A DNA stretch of 64,000 nt from Candidatus Buchananbacteria bacterium (GTDB lineage Bacteria > Patescibacteriota > Patescibacteriia > Buchananbacterales > UBA6539): assembly GCA_013359225.1 (NCBI GenBank), contig JABWCG010000004.1, positions 1,550-65,549 of the forward strand. Direction: 5' to 3'. How positions within the stretch are numbered: the stretch's first letter is position 1; each line of letters starts with the position of its first letter. The translations under genes and the position numbers were made by a program. The notes beneath the pieces are model-generated. The model was not told the origin of the DNA. It ran no database searches and was given only the letters and a program-made list of their open reading frames with translations. Positions 28,975 through 39,635 of the stretch are shown piece after piece.

Positions 28975-29685
28975 TTAACGAGATTTTTGATTCCTTAGTT
29001 TTAAAACTTTCCAAAAACTTTCGATGATAATTTTGATGCTAAATTTAGACTTGCCTTCGGCTCGTTCCGTAAAAATAATAGGAATCTCAACAATTTTATA
29101 CCCGGCTAAATGAACCTTATACGTGGTTTCAATTTGAAAGTTGTACCCCACCGAACTAAAATCAGCTAAACCAATTTTCTCTAAAACGGTCCGGCGATAA
29201 CACTTAAATCCTCCCGTCAAATCGTGATATGGTAGCCCTAAAACAGCTCGGGCATACAAATTACCAAAACGGCTAATCAACCGACGGCTCCAATTCCAGT
29301 TAGTTACTCCGCCGCCGGCAATATAGCGAGAACCAAGCACTAAATCGGCCGATTCAATCGCACGTAAAAAGTCTGGGATATATTTAGGATCATGGGAAAA
29401 GTCAGCATCCATCTCAAAAATATACTCCGCACCAGCCCGTAATGCATGCTCAAATCCGGCCAGATAAGCCCGCCCAAGCCCGTCTTTGGTCTGACGGCTC
29501 AGCAGCTCCAGATTGGCAAAGCGAGACTGAAGCGACGTAACCAGTTCACCGGTCCGGTCCGGAGAATTGTCGTCAACAATCAAAACATGCACATCATTAA
29601 TCCCTAAGGCAAAAATTGTTTCAAGTAGCCTTTGGACGTTTCCTCGCTCATTATATGTTGGAATAACTAAGTATGTTTTAGCCAT
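28975..29685 (-). CDS. family-2 glycosyltransferase (dolichyl/polyprenyl-phosphate mannose synthase-like)
   Basis: YLVIPTYNERGNV...VLIVDDNSPDRT...DADFSH motifs typical of Dpm1-like enzymes. Confidence 0.75.
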   Translation of the reverse strand: MAKTYLVIPTYNERGNVQRLLETIFALGINDVHVLIVDDNSPDRTGELVTSLQSRFANLELLSRQTKDGLGRAYLAGFEHALRAGAEYIFEMDADFSHDPKYIPDFLRAIESADLVLGSRYIAGGGVTNWNWSRRLISRFGNLYARAVLGLPYHDLTGGFKCYRRTVLEKIGLADFSSVGYNFQIETTYKVHLAGYKIVEIPIIFTERAEGKSKFSIKIIIESFWKVLKLRNQKSR

Positions 29686-29687
29686 AT

Positions 29688-30398
29688 TTACATAAGTCTT
29701 TTTCGCAACTCCAAAACGTGTTTAAGATACGCCAGTGCCAGTGACCACGGCTTAACGCGACTTTTATCTGACCCTTCGCGCGGATCTTGCCAAATCACCG
29801 GTATTTCTTTAATGCGATAGCCCTGATGGGCGGCCAAAATTAAGAGCTCCGAATCAAAAAACCACTGGTCATTTTGCACGTGGGGTAATAAATTTTCTTT
29901 AATTTTACTATTAATTGCCTTAAACCCACAAGGCGCGTCTTTAACTCGCAGACCAACCAATAATCGCAAAGCCAAGCGATAGCCCAAAGAAAATACCCGG
30001 CGCGTTAACGATCTTTTCACCAGCGAATCAGGGTGGTACCGGCTGCCGACCGCTAAATCATACCCGCTGGCCAAGCCGTCGATTAAAGCGGGCAAAGCAG
30101 CTAAATCGGTAGCCAAATCGGCGTCCATAAAACAATATACGTCGGCTGAAAAATTATTCCAGCCCGCTCGAATAGCCGCACCCTTGCCCCTCACTGGAAC
30201 CATTAAATATTTAACCTGAAAAAATTTTGCCGCCAACGATTGAACAATCAAAGCGGTCTGATCTGTTGATTGGTTGTCAGCGACGACTACCTCCCAATCG
30301 ACTGTTAGATTTTTTGAAGCAAAGCTAACCACACGCTCAACCGTTGACTGAATGAGCGTTTCCTCATTATAAGCAGGAATAACGATTAAAACTTTCAT
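29688..30398 (-). CDS. family-2 glycosyltransferase (Dpm1/GtrB-like), third tandem copy
   Basis: VLIVIPAYNEE...VVVADNQSTD...DADL motifs. Confidence 0.7.
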   Translation of the reverse strand: MKVLIVIPAYNEETLIQSTVERVVSFASKNLTVDWEVVVADNQSTDQTALIVQSLAAKFFQVKYLMVPVRGKGAAIRAGWNNFSADVYCFMDADLATDLAALPALIDGLASGYDLAVGSRYHPDSLVKRSLTRRVFSLGYRLALRLLVGLRVKDAPCGFKAINSKIKENLLPHVQNDQWFFDSELLILAAHQGYRIKEIPVIWQDPREGSDKSRVKPWSLALAYLKHVLELRKRLM

Positions 30399-31759
30399 AT
30401 GATTTTAAACTTGTTTTCCCGACGGACGAAATAATAAAAGCCAAAAACCAATGTTGGGATAATCATTGCCACTGGCATTAAAACCGACGAATATGGCGAG
30501 ATGATAACAAAGCCGGTCAAAAAAACCGCGGGCAAATAAAAAAATTTTTTTGATAAAAACATTAACGGTATCAACCAAATCAAATATTTCGGATAAAACC
30601 AAAACTTGGCCAGCAGCAAAAACCAGCTTAAAATGATCACGCTGCTGTACACCATGGTTGACGCCGTCATCTCCATAACGCGCCAAAACCGATACAAAGT
30701 CAACGCATAAATGGCGACAAAAAATAATTCAAAAATCACCTTCAAAGAATACCATTCCAAAGTCGGACTGACAAAATAAAATATAATGCTAACTAACCCC
30801 GGAAATGAATTAACATCAAAAAATCGCCCGACCCAAACTACCCCATCTAGCGTGCCGGCCCCCTGCCAAAACGGGGCAAAAAATCCAAGCGTCATCAAGA
30901 CCAGGGTTGCTGTTTGATATGCAGCCACTTTTAACTTAGCTCCTGTAGTCGACTGACGACGCCAAAAATATATCAAAAAAATTGGTACTAATAAAATAGT
31001 GACATACTTAATCAAAACCGACAAACCAAGAGCAGCAATCGCTAAAACGGGTCTTTCTTTAATCGCCAAATACACCGCCGCCAGCAGCCAAAACACCAAT
31101 AAGATATCAGTGCCACCTCCGGCAAACGTACCAAACAGTATTAACGGATTCCACGCACACAGCAAATAAATAAAAATAGCCTTGGCAGGATCAAACTGCC
31201 GGGCAATCTGATATGCCAGCCAAGCTGACAGCGCCGTAAATACGGCAAATATAACTTTGTATAAAAAAATCCCAATAACAATGCTCCCCTGGCTTAACCA
31301 GGCTGCCGGTACTGTCAATAAAAACCGTGCTGGGCCGTGCTGGGCCGGTAAAAACTGCCAGCCACTCAAGACTGCCAGCGGCTCGTGCGGCACATTAAGT
31401 GGGGCAACAAAATACGGATTTTGCTGGTACTTAACAATCACGATATCTTCAAAAAAATAATGGTAAAAATCATTGTATTCCCCCGGCACCATCAACACCA
31501 TGATCAGTATAAAAACAGCTCCAAAAAATAAAATGGTTTGAAGCTCGTCACGTTTCCAAGAATGATTTTGATAAAATTGAAACAACAAAAAATAAACTAC
31601 ATACAACCCCAATAAGGCCATTGAGGTTATGACATATGCTGAATCTAAATAATCAAACCGATTAATAATCAGAGCGAGGACGAAATAAAAAAAGGCCGAA
31701 ATCAGCCCCCACATCACCAATGGCTTGTTAAATAAAAAATTTTTAAACATGTTATTCAT
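30395..31759 (-). CDS. polytopic membrane protein, GT-C/DUF2029-like glycosyltransferase
   Basis: 454 aa, more than 10 TM; 4-nt overlap with GT2. Confidence 0.35.
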   Translation of the reverse strand: MNNMFKNFLFNKPLVMWGLISAFFYFVLALIINRFDYLDSAYVITSMALLGLYVVYFLLFQFYQNHSWKRDELQTILFFGAVFILIMVLMVPGEYNDFYHYFFEDIVIVKYQQNPYFVAPLNVPHEPLAVLSGWQFLPAQHGPARFLLTVPAAWLSQGSIVIGIFLYKVIFAVFTALSAWLAYQIARQFDPAKAIFIYLLCAWNPLILFGTFAGGGTDILLVFWLLAAVYLAIKERPVLAIAALGLSVLIKYVTILLVPIFLIYFWRRQSTTGAKLKVAAYQTATLVLMTLGFFAPFWQGAGTLDGVVWVGRFFDVNSFPGLVSIIFYFVSPTLEWYSLKVIFELFFVAIYALTLYRFWRVMEMTASTMVYSSVIILSWFLLLAKFWFYPKYLIWLIPLMFLSKKFFYLPAVFLTGFVIISPYSSVLMPVAMIIPTLVFGFYYFVRRENKFKII

Positions 31760-33314
31760 TCAACCGATATATCTTTGCCTCTTGATTACTAAACACTTCC
31801 TCAAACAACGGCTCGTCCGCCAAATGGTTGGCAAAAGATTCATTTTGCTTAATGTCAACAAAAACATACCGAGCATTATACAAATTCTTGATTTTAACAT
31901 ACAAATCCTGATCATCGTGTCCCGTTACAATGTCAACCCAGCGCTGATGTAGCCCCGGATCATATTCATACATAAACGTCGGGTCTAAGCCGACCAAATA
32001 ATAATTTTGGTCGTTATGATAAAACAAAATCGGAAATTCATCCCAATCACTGTGAAATACCACGTCACCAGGCTGACTATTTTCCTTCAACCAGCGCGCC
32101 GGCTCTTCAAATTTATTAAAAGCAAAACCGCGGCGGTAAAAATCCTTGACCGATGCTAAGTCGCGGGCCGCCACCGGTATTAACCCAATCACGATAACGG
32201 CAAAAAGCAGCCAAAGATATTTGCGCGAAATCAGGCGAACAATTTCTCCTTCAAATTGACGCACCAATACGTTAAGGCTCAGTGCCGAAAAAATTAAAGC
32301 CAGGGGGATAAAATACTCAACATAACGACGCGATTTTAAGGTGAGGGCAAAAAACAAAAAACTGACCACTAGAAAAAACCAAGAGTTCATCGGCTGCTTG
32401 TCATAAAAAATAATGAACGCTAGCAAGGCAATCAACACTAGGGCAAAAAAAGGAATTGCACTAGCCAATAAATCTAGCGGGCTGTATGGGTACCACTCAG
32501 CGCCAACATCAATAATATACTGATAATTAACCACAGCGATCTTAAATGACTGCTGCCAATAAAAATTAAGGTTGGTTGGAAAATAGGGGCTAAAGAATAA
32601 CCCGGCAGCAAGCCCGATTACAATACTTAAAAGCAGCCAGGCGTTCTGCCAATGCAATTTTAACCGGTCAAGCTTGAACTTGAACCAGCCGCGCTGTGAT
32701 ATATTCCAAAACCAGTTAACTGCCGCGTATAAAAATCCCAATAATAGCAATAAAGGCCAACCAGCATACGACCAAACGTACACACAGGAAACCAAAATCA
32801 GCCCGATATAATTACGTCGCAACAAGAAAAATAAAAATAAAAACAGCAGCAGCAGCACAACCTGCTGGGCTTTTGCCAGGCTCAAGCGAAATACAAACGG
32901 GTTAACAGTAATTAGAAACAAAGCATACCAAAATGCTCCCCTAACCTGCAGGCTGCGTAAAAACCAAAATAGTGCCAAAATAGTCAGGCTAGAAAAAATA
33001 ACCGTAAACACCTTAAGCCCAATCAAAGGTGTTAACAACAAAACAAACGGCACCAAAAGAATATGGTATAAAAAGTGATGGTCAATAAATCCACGCGCCA
33101 AGGTTGTCACCGAAAGCCATGGAAATTCGGTAATTGCTCCCTTGGTAATTAAAAACTCGGTTAGCTTAGCATGATAAAAAGAATCCGGATCAGCAAATGT
33201 CTGATCAAAATGCAGATAACCAAAAATACCAAGGCCAATGATAAATAAAAGGCAATATAAAATATACGGCCGATGATTCAAAAAAGTAACTATACTATTG
33301 ATGGCTCGTCCCAT
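31752..33314 (-). CDS. polytopic membrane protein, GT-C-like glycosyltransferase with C-terminal extracytoplasmic domain
   Basis: 520 aa, roughly 12 TM then soluble domain; overlapping starts and stops within the cluster. Confidence 0.35.
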   Translation of the reverse strand: MGRAINSIVTFLNHRPYILYCLLFIIGLGIFGYLHFDQTFADPDSFYHAKLTEFLITKGAITEFPWLSVTTLARGFIDHHFLYHILLVPFVLLLTPLIGLKVFTVIFSSLTILALFWFLRSLQVRGAFWYALFLITVNPFVFRLSLAKAQQVVLLLLFLFLFFLLRRNYIGLILVSCVYVWSYAGWPLLLLLGFLYAAVNWFWNISQRGWFKFKLDRLKLHWQNAWLLLSIVIGLAAGLFFSPYFPTNLNFYWQQSFKIAVVNYQYIIDVGAEWYPYSPLDLLASAIPFFALVLIALLAFIIFYDKQPMNSWFFLVVSFLFFALTLKSRRYVEYFIPLALIFSALSLNVLVRQFEGEIVRLISRKYLWLLFAVIVIGLIPVAARDLASVKDFYRRGFAFNKFEEPARWLKENSQPGDVVFHSDWDEFPILFYHNDQNYYLVGLDPTFMYEYDPGLHQRWVDIVTGHDDQDLYVKIKNLYNARYVFVDIKQNESFANHLADEPLFEEVFSNQEAKIYRLNE

Positions 33315-33316
33315 AC

Positions 33317-34396
33317 TTAACGCTGTCTATCAAGCTGACGTTTAAAGTAATCAACCCACGGAATAAGGTTTGGATTAATATTATTAAGCAATGCTAAATA
33401 AAAAGTGGCATAACTGCCAAGCGATAAAATCTCTAACGCCTGACCCAACCGATCTTGCGCAGTGACAGTATACGACAGCTGTTTAATGGCATTCTTACGG
33501 ACTACCTGTTTAGTCACTGAGAATCGCAACTGGTTTTTGGGGTAGTAAAGCTTTGACTCAAAAAACATAAACAGCAGACTGGTCCGATTCGTTTTTGGAT
33601 TTTTTAAACTTTCTAGTAGATGGTGGTTAAGTTCGGGAATGGCATAATAGGTTGAAAACGTTTTACCGGTTTCATTAGTTTGATTGGCAAAAATATGGGC
33701 GGTGCCAACCAGATGTTCCGACGCCACTATCACCGCCGCATTGCCGGCCAAAGCTAGCGCCATCTTTTTTGCCGGATTCTTAGACTGGGTGACAGAAAAA
33801 CCAAAGCGCTGGTTACATTTTTTCAGTAAAGCTAATTGCTGCTTGATATCAAAGTCGGTTATTCGTAAGAGCCCTAGTTTATTAAACAGTGCTAGCTGAG
33901 CCGTCAGCGAATAGCCCAACCCTAATCGCGGCTGACCGGACGGATTAGCAACCGGGTCAAAAACAAAACCAGGGATTTTACCGGAAGTAATCAGCTGCCC
34001 AAGCTTGCCCCCGGCGGCAATGCCAAAAATTTTAGCACCACGACGCCTGGCTTCGGCGATTGTCGCCAACGGTTCTTCTGTATTACCCGAATAACTTGAA
34101 ACGATATATAGGGTTTTATTATCTATATAGCCTGGCAACTCATAGCTGTTCACAATCACAAACGGCTTTTGTAGCTCTTTGAAATAAACCGAGGACAATA
34201 AATGCGCCCCTAATTGAGAGCCTCCCATCCCATTAAGCACAATTTTATTAATCTGCCGATATGATTTTGGCACACTCACTTTCTTAAAATCGCGCCAGGC
34301 AGAGGCCACTTGTTCTCCCAGCTGCGCTACCGCCTCAAGCGCGTGCCCCGGGTCCAGTTTGGCAACTATTTTTTCATCATCTAAACGACTAGTCAT
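33317..34396 (-). CDS. bifunctional phosphoglucose/phosphomannose isomerase (SIS-domain PGI/PMI family)
   Basis: SIS-domain pattern (YIVSSYSGNTEE, GGKLGQL) and bifunctional PGI/PMI C-terminal region. Confidence 0.55.
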   Translation of the reverse strand: MTSRLDDEKIVAKLDPGHALEAVAQLGEQVASAWRDFKKVSVPKSYRQINKIVLNGMGGSQLGAHLLSSVYFKELQKPFVIVNSYELPGYIDNKTLYIVSSYSGNTEEPLATIAEARRRGAKIFGIAAGGKLGQLITSGKIPGFVFDPVANPSGQPRLGLGYSLTAQLALFNKLGLLRITDFDIKQQLALLKKCNQRFGFSVTQSKNPAKKMALALAGNAAVIVASEHLVGTAHIFANQTNETGKTFSTYYAIPELNHHLLESLKNPKTNRTSLLFMFFESKLYYPKNQLRFSVTKQVVRKNAIKQLSYTVTAQDRLGQALEILSLGSYATFYLALLNNINPNLIPWVDYFKRQLDRQR

Positions 34397-34524
34397 AATA
34401 ATAATTTATTTTTTATCGTTACTAAATTATACCACAAAAACTAAATAATCGCCATTGAAAAAAGGTTAAAAAATTGTTATAGTTACTAACGTAATTAATA
34501 AAAAATAACCAAAAAAGTCTTTGT

Positions 34525-35238
34525 ATGTCTGGACACAGTAAATGGCACCAAATCCATCGACAAAAAGGTGTCGCCGACGCTAAACGTGGGGCAATCTTCA
34601 CTAAACTAGGCAATAACATTACCGTTGCCGCCAAGCTTGGCGGCGGTGACCCTGATAGCAATTTTCGCTTACGCCTAGCTATTGACCAAGCCAAGGCCGC
34701 CAATATGCCCAAAGACAACATTGAGCGGGCAATTAAGCGGGGTACTGGTGAGCTAAACGACGGCAAAAAAATTGAAACTGTTAACTACGAGGGATATGGG
34801 CCGGATGCCACGGCTTTCATCATTGAAGCGCTAACCGACAATCGCAATCGCACGAGTTCAAATATTAAACACATCTTAAACAAAGCAGGTGGTCTCTTAG
34901 CCGGACCAAACAGTGTAGCCTGGATGTTCGAACAAAAAGGAGTAATTCGGATCAAAAACCTTGCCGAAGACCTTGAACTCCCCCTAATTGATGCTGGGGC
35001 ACAAGACATTGTTAAAGAAGATGGCGGCGTCACCATTTATACCGACCCAAGTAGTCTAAAAAAAGTAAAGGAGTTATTAGAACAACATGGCGTTGAAATT
35101 GATTATGCTGAAACCGAGCAAGTAGCTAAAGACAAAAAGGCGGTCAGCGAGGAGCAAAAAGAAAAAATCCAAAAACTTTTTGATGATCTTGATAACGACG
35201 AAGACGTCAGCAATTATTACACGAATGCCGAAATCTAG
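34525..35238 (+). CDS. yebC: YebC/PmpR-family probable transcriptional regulator
   Basis: MSGHSKWHQIHRQKGVADAKRG N-terminus, 237 aa. Confidence 0.85.
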   Translation: MSGHSKWHQIHRQKGVADAKRGAIFTKLGNNITVAAKLGGGDPDSNFRLRLAIDQAKAANMPKDNIERAIKRGTGELNDGKKIETVNYEGYGPDATAFIIEALTDNRNRTSSNIKHILNKAGGLLAGPNSVAWMFEQKGVIRIKNLAEDLELPLIDAGAQDIVKEDGGVTIYTDPSSLKKVKELLEQHGVEIDYAETEQVAKDKKAVSEEQKEKIQKLFDDLDNDEDVSNYYTNAEI

Positions 35239-35728
35239 TACAACGCCATTAGTCATTCTGGGCATTGACCCGGGCCTAGCCGACACTGGTTTTGGGGTTG
35301 TTCACCAAAGTGGTAATAAACTGAAAATGGTTGATTACGGTTCAATTAAAACTAAAGCTGGATTACCACTTGAAAAACGACTGCTAGAAATCCACGAATC
35401 GCTAGTGACATTAATTAAGGCTCACCGGCCAAGCGCCATTTCAATTGAGAAGCTGTTTTTTTGTAAAAACTTAAAAACGGCAATTGACGTGGGGCAGGCC
35501 CGAGGCGTGGTCTTACTGACCGCCGGACAATACCAGTTACAAATTAGCGAATTTACCCCTCTGGAAATAAAACTAGCACTAACCAGCTATGGCAAAGCCA
35601 GCAAAAATCAAATAAAACAAATGGTTAAAAATATCTTGCAACTGGAGAAACTGCCTAAATCCGATGACGCAGCCGATGCATTAGCTTCCGCCATTTGCTG
35701 TGCCCACTCATTAACAAAAATAAAATAA
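35225..35728 (+). CDS. ruvC: crossover junction endodeoxyribonuclease RuvC
   Basis: ILGIDPGLADTGFGVV N-terminus, conserved Asp/Glu residues; start at ATG 35225 overlapping yebC by 14 nt. Confidence 0.8.
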   Translation: MPKSSTTPLVILGIDPGLADTGFGVVHQSGNKLKMVDYGSIKTKAGLPLEKRLLEIHESLVTLIKAHRPSAISIEKLFFCKNLKTAIDVGQARGVVLLTAGQYQLQISEFTPLEIKLALTSYGKASKNQIKQMVKNILQLEKLPKSDDAADALASAICCAHSLTKIK

Positions 35729-35734
35729 CCTTTT

Positions 35735-36670
35735 ATGAACAAATCTGAAATTCGCAAAGATTATATTCAAGATAAATATGTTATTATTGCGCCGCGACGC
35801 AACAATCGCCCGCACGACATTGAAAAACCAGTCCGACAGCCAGTCCCTAAAAAGGATTGCGTATTTTGTCCGAAAGCAGTCGATAAAAACAACACCGTTT
35901 TAGCCACCACTAAAAAAACAGCTGGGGCAAAAGAGCCCTGGGCCGTTAAGGTTATTGCTAATAAATTTCCGTCAGTAACTACTGACAACCCCAAAGCATA
36001 CGGCCGGCAAGAAGTTATTGTGGAAACCCCTAATCACCAGCATGAAACCGAAGAACTTTCCGACAGCCGGGTGGTTGAGATTTTAAAAACCTACGCCGAT
36101 CGGACCAAAAAAATATCTGAGGACAAAAAAATCGACTACATCTTGATTTTTAAAAATAACGGCGGCGCCGCCGGGGCATCGCTTCAACACGCCCACTCCC
36201 AAATTTTTGCCACCGAATTTTTGCCACCGAATTTACGGGATAAATCCGACAAAATCCATGATTACAAAATCAGAACCGGCCGGTGCGTCTTTTGCGATGT
36301 AATTAAAAAAGAAAAGACCGGGCCGCGGCTGATATTTCAGGACAAACATATGATTGCATTTTGCCCATATGCTTCGCGACACAACTATGAGGTTTGGCTC
36401 ATGCCTAAAAGACATCTGGATAACATTACTTTAATTAACGAACAAGAATTAAAAAGCTTCGCCCGATTTCTTAAAAAAATTCTTAAAAAAATTAATAAAT
36501 TAGGTTTGCCGTACAACTATTACTTTCATCAAGTAATCAAAGACGAAGACCAGCATTTTTACATGAAAATTACCCCGCGAGGTTCTGTTTGGGCTGGAGT
36601 GGAAATTGCCGCCGGACTCATTATCAATCCCATTGCTCCGGAAGAGGCGGCGAAATTTTATCGCCAATAA
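35735..36670 (+). CDS. galactose-1-phosphate uridylyltransferase-like HIT-superfamily protein
   Basis: CxxC Zn site (CVFCP) and HAHSQ (HxHxQ) active-site motif. Confidence 0.5.
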   Translation: MNKSEIRKDYIQDKYVIIAPRRNNRPHDIEKPVRQPVPKKDCVFCPKAVDKNNTVLATTKKTAGAKEPWAVKVIANKFPSVTTDNPKAYGRQEVIVETPNHQHETEELSDSRVVEILKTYADRTKKISEDKKIDYILIFKNNGGAAGASLQHAHSQIFATEFLPPNLRDKSDKIHDYKIRTGRCVFCDVIKKEKTGPRLIFQDKHMIAFCPYASRHNYEVWLMPKRHLDNITLINEQELKSFARFLKKILKKINKLGLPYNYYFHQVIKDEDQHFYMKITPRGSVWAGVEIAAGLIINPIAPEEAAKFYRQ

Positions 36671-36697
36671 AAATTTTAATCTTTTAACTACACCACC

Positions 36698-39619
36698 ATG
36701 CCAATCCCCGGCCTTTCAACTAAAACCACCTCCCCGCAAAACTGGAGGAAACCAAGCCGACGACTGCGGCAGCTTGGCGGCAGCGGCTTTAAAAAATTTC
36801 CCATTTACACCGGACGAAGCCGCGGACCAAAAAAACTGCCGGAAAATTTCACCAAACTATTGCTCACTTTTGGCGGCATTTTTCTTGCCGGGCTAGGAAT
36901 TTTTAGCATTATCTTATTGGCCTGGATTGCCAAAGATCTGCCAAACCCCAACCGAATTATTGATCGCTCCATTGCTTTGAGCACAAAAATTTACGACCGC
37001 ACCGGCGAAACCTTACTGTATGATGTGCACGGCGAAGAAAAAAGAACGTTTATTAAACTGGAAGAGATCCCGGCCAATTTAAAAAATGCCACCTTGACTG
37101 CCGAGGATCGAAAATTTTACGAACATAAAGGCATTAGTGTGACTGGTATTATACGGTCGTTTATAAAAAACATTACTACCGGTTCAAAAGTTGGCGGTTC
37201 AACACTAACTCAACAGTTGGTTAAAAATGCCATCTTAAGTCCGGAAAAAAAATACACTCGCAAAATTAAAGAGATTATTTTATCCTACCAAATTGAAAGG
37301 AAATTCTCTAAAGATGACATTCTGCAAATGTACTTTAATGAAATTCCGTACGGTTCTGTTGCGTACGGGGCAGAAGCCGCCTCGCAAACATATTTTGGCA
37401 AAAGCGTTAAAGACCTAACTTTAGCAGAGTCAGCGGTGCTCGCAGCTTTACCACAGGCGCCAACCTACTACTCACCATACGGCAGCCACACTGACGCTTT
37501 ATTCTCTCGGCAACACTGGATTTTAGACAGCATGGCAGAGCTTGGATATATTACTCAAGAAGACGCCAACAAAGCCAAGGAAGAAAAAATTGAATTTAAA
37601 AAACGTGACGAAAATATTACTGCCCCTCATTTTGTCATGTACGTTCGGGAGTATTTAACTGAAAAATACGGCGAGTTGGCGGTTGAACAAGAAGGGTTAA
37701 CCGTTATTACTACGCTTGATTTATATAAACAGAAAATTGCTGAAGAGGCCGTAAAAGAGGTCGCTCCCAAAAACGCCGAACAATACAACGCCCACAATGC
37801 AGCACTAGTCGCACTCGACGCCAAAACCGGCGAAGTCTTAGCTATGGTCGGTTCAAAAGACTTCTTTGCCGACCCCTATCCCGAAAATTGTACTCCGGGC
37901 AAAGATTGCTTATTTGATCCTCAGGTTAACGCTGTGTTGCGGCTGCGGCAGCCCGGATCATCATTTAAGCCAATTGTCTATACGGCCGCCTTTAAAAAGG
38001 GCTACACTCCGGAAACAGTTTTATATGATGTTAACACCAAATTCCTCAACTATGACGGCCGCGATTATGAACCAAAAAATTACGACCTTGGTGAACGAGG
38101 CCCCCTTACTATCAGAAAAGCACTCCAGGGCTCACTCAACATCCCGGCAGTTAAGGCAATTTATCTAACGGGGGTGGACAACGTTATTGATTTGGCCGAA
38201 GATCTTGGCTACACCAGCTTTAGTGATCGCAGCCGTTTTGGCCTGTCGCTTGTATTAGGCGGCGGCGAAGTAAAAATGCTTGAACACGTCAGCGCCTTTG
38301 CAACACTAGCTCGCGAAGGCGAATGGCACGCGCCGGCCCTTATTCTCGAGGTGCGCGATAAAGACGGAAATGTCTTGGAAAAATTTGAGAAAAAAGAAAA
38401 AAAAGTTCTAGAAACCCAAATCGCCCGCCAAATCAATAACGTTCTTTCTGACAATGCGTCACGAGCCTATATTTTTGGCGAAAGTAATTACCTCACTCTT
38501 GGTGCGCGGCCAGTGGCGGCCAAAACCGGCACAACTAACGATTACCGCGATGCCTGGACCATCGGCTATACTCCGTCGCTGGCGGCCGGCGTATGGGTTG
38601 GTAATAATAACAACGGTGAAATGAAGCGTGGCGCTGACGGTAGTATTGTGGCAGCACCAATCTGGAATAAATTTATGAGCCGCGTCCTCGGCGACACTCC
38701 AGCCGAAGGCTTTAAAGAACCAGATCCGATTGATACTGATAAGCCGGTACTTAACGGCTCCATTGCCGAAGGCATTAAGGTTAAAATCGACAAAACATCC
38801 GGCAAGCTAGCAACGGAATTTACTCCTGAAAGCCAAATTGAAGAAAAAACATTCCGACAAATTCATTCCATTCTTTACTATATCAACAAAGATGACCCGC
38901 GTGGCGATACTCCGCCTGATCTAAACAGCGAACAATACAAGCGCTGGGAAGAGGCGGTCCAGGCGTGGGCACAAAAAAACAATTTTGTTTCCGAAGATCC
39001 ACCAACTGAATTAGACGATGTCCACACTCCTCAGGATCAACCCAGCATTTCTATCACCAGCCCAAGCAGCAACCAATTAATTACTAGTCGGAATTTCAGC
39101 GCCTCCGTGAACGTCAGCGCACCCCGAGGCGTCAGACGAGTTGAATACTATCTTAATAATAAATTAATCAAAGAGGTTACAGTGTCTCCATTCAACCTTG
39201 AGGTTTTTATTGAAGATCCCTCCATTAAAACTGGCTTTTACACCCTTAAAGCCGTGGCATATGATGATATTGATAACAATAAGAGCGACGAGGTTGAGCT
39301 CAGTTTTAAACTCCCGGCAGCACCAGCAACCCTTACTTGGATTAACCCGACTGCCAGCGCGACGGTTAAAACGTCAGCCTTTCCTCTAACTATCAAAGCA
39401 ACGCTGAGTAGTTTGACCGCTATTGATAAAATTGACCTGTTTTATACCCATAACGGCCAAACAAACTACATCAATACCGCTAGGCAATTTCCCAGCAACC
39501 AGCTAAGCCTTCAATGGCTCCAGACACCCGAACCGGGTTCGTATCAAATTTTTGCCTCAATCACCAACCAAGACGGTTTTACCTACCAAAGCGGGTCGCT
39601 TGATATAGCTATTGAGTAA
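36698..39619 (+). CDS. bifunctional class A penicillin-binding protein (transglycosylase/transpeptidase, PBP1A) with long C-terminal extension
   Basis: GT51 motifs (EDRKFYEHKGIS, GGSTLTQQLVKN), transpeptidase SxxK/SxN/KTG(T), single N-terminal TM. Confidence 0.8.
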   Translation: MPIPGLSTKTTSPQNWRKPSRRLRQLGGSGFKKFPIYTGRSRGPKKLPENFTKLLLTFGGIFLAGLGIFSIILLAWIAKDLPNPNRIIDRSIALSTKIYDRTGETLLYDVHGEEKRTFIKLEEIPANLKNATLTAEDRKFYEHKGISVTGIIRSFIKNITTGSKVGGSTLTQQLVKNAILSPEKKYTRKIKEIILSYQIERKFSKDDILQMYFNEIPYGSVAYGAEAASQTYFGKSVKDLTLAESAVLAALPQAPTYYSPYGSHTDALFSRQHWILDSMAELGYITQEDANKAKEEKIEFKKRDENITAPHFVMYVREYLTEKYGELAVEQEGLTVITTLDLYKQKIAEEAVKEVAPKNAEQYNAHNAALVALDAKTGEVLAMVGSKDFFADPYPENCTPGKDCLFDPQVNAVLRLRQPGSSFKPIVYTAAFKKGYTPETVLYDVNTKFLNYDGRDYEPKNYDLGERGPLTIRKALQGSLNIPAVKAIYLTGVDNVIDLAEDLGYTSFSDRSRFGLSLVLGGGEVKMLEHVSAFATLAREGEWHAPALILEVRDKDGNVLEKFEKKEKKVLETQIARQINNVLSDNASRAYIFGESNYLTLGARPVAAKTGTTNDYRDAWTIGYTPSLAAGVWVGNNNNGEMKRGADGSIVAAPIWNKFMSRVLGDTPAEGFKEPDPIDTDKPVLNGSIAEGIKVKIDKTSGKLATEFTPESQIEEKTFRQIHSILYYINKDDPRGDTPPDLNSEQYKRWEEAVQAWAQKNNFVSEDPPTELDDVHTPQDQPSISITSPSSNQLITSRNFSASVNVSAPRGVRRVEYYLNNKLIKEVTVSPFNLEVFIEDPSIKTGFYTLKAVAYDDIDNNKSDEVELSFKLPAAPATLTWINPTASATVKTSAFPLTIKATLSSLTAIDKIDLFYTHNGQTNYINTARQFPSNQLSLQWLQTPEPGSYQIFASITNQDGFTYQSGSLDIAIE

Positions 39620-39635
39620 TAATTAACTTTTCCGA

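Noticed and set aside
36606-36896. 96-aa ORF overlapping the galT-like stop and PBP1A start
   Set aside because: Out-of-frame overlap with two supported genes; Pro/Lys-rich artefact.
37627-39389. Small ORFs inside the PBP1A gene (37627..37824, 37866..38168, 38209..38454, 38566..38805, 39198..39389)
   Set aside because: Alternative frames within a motif-supported 973-aa CDS.
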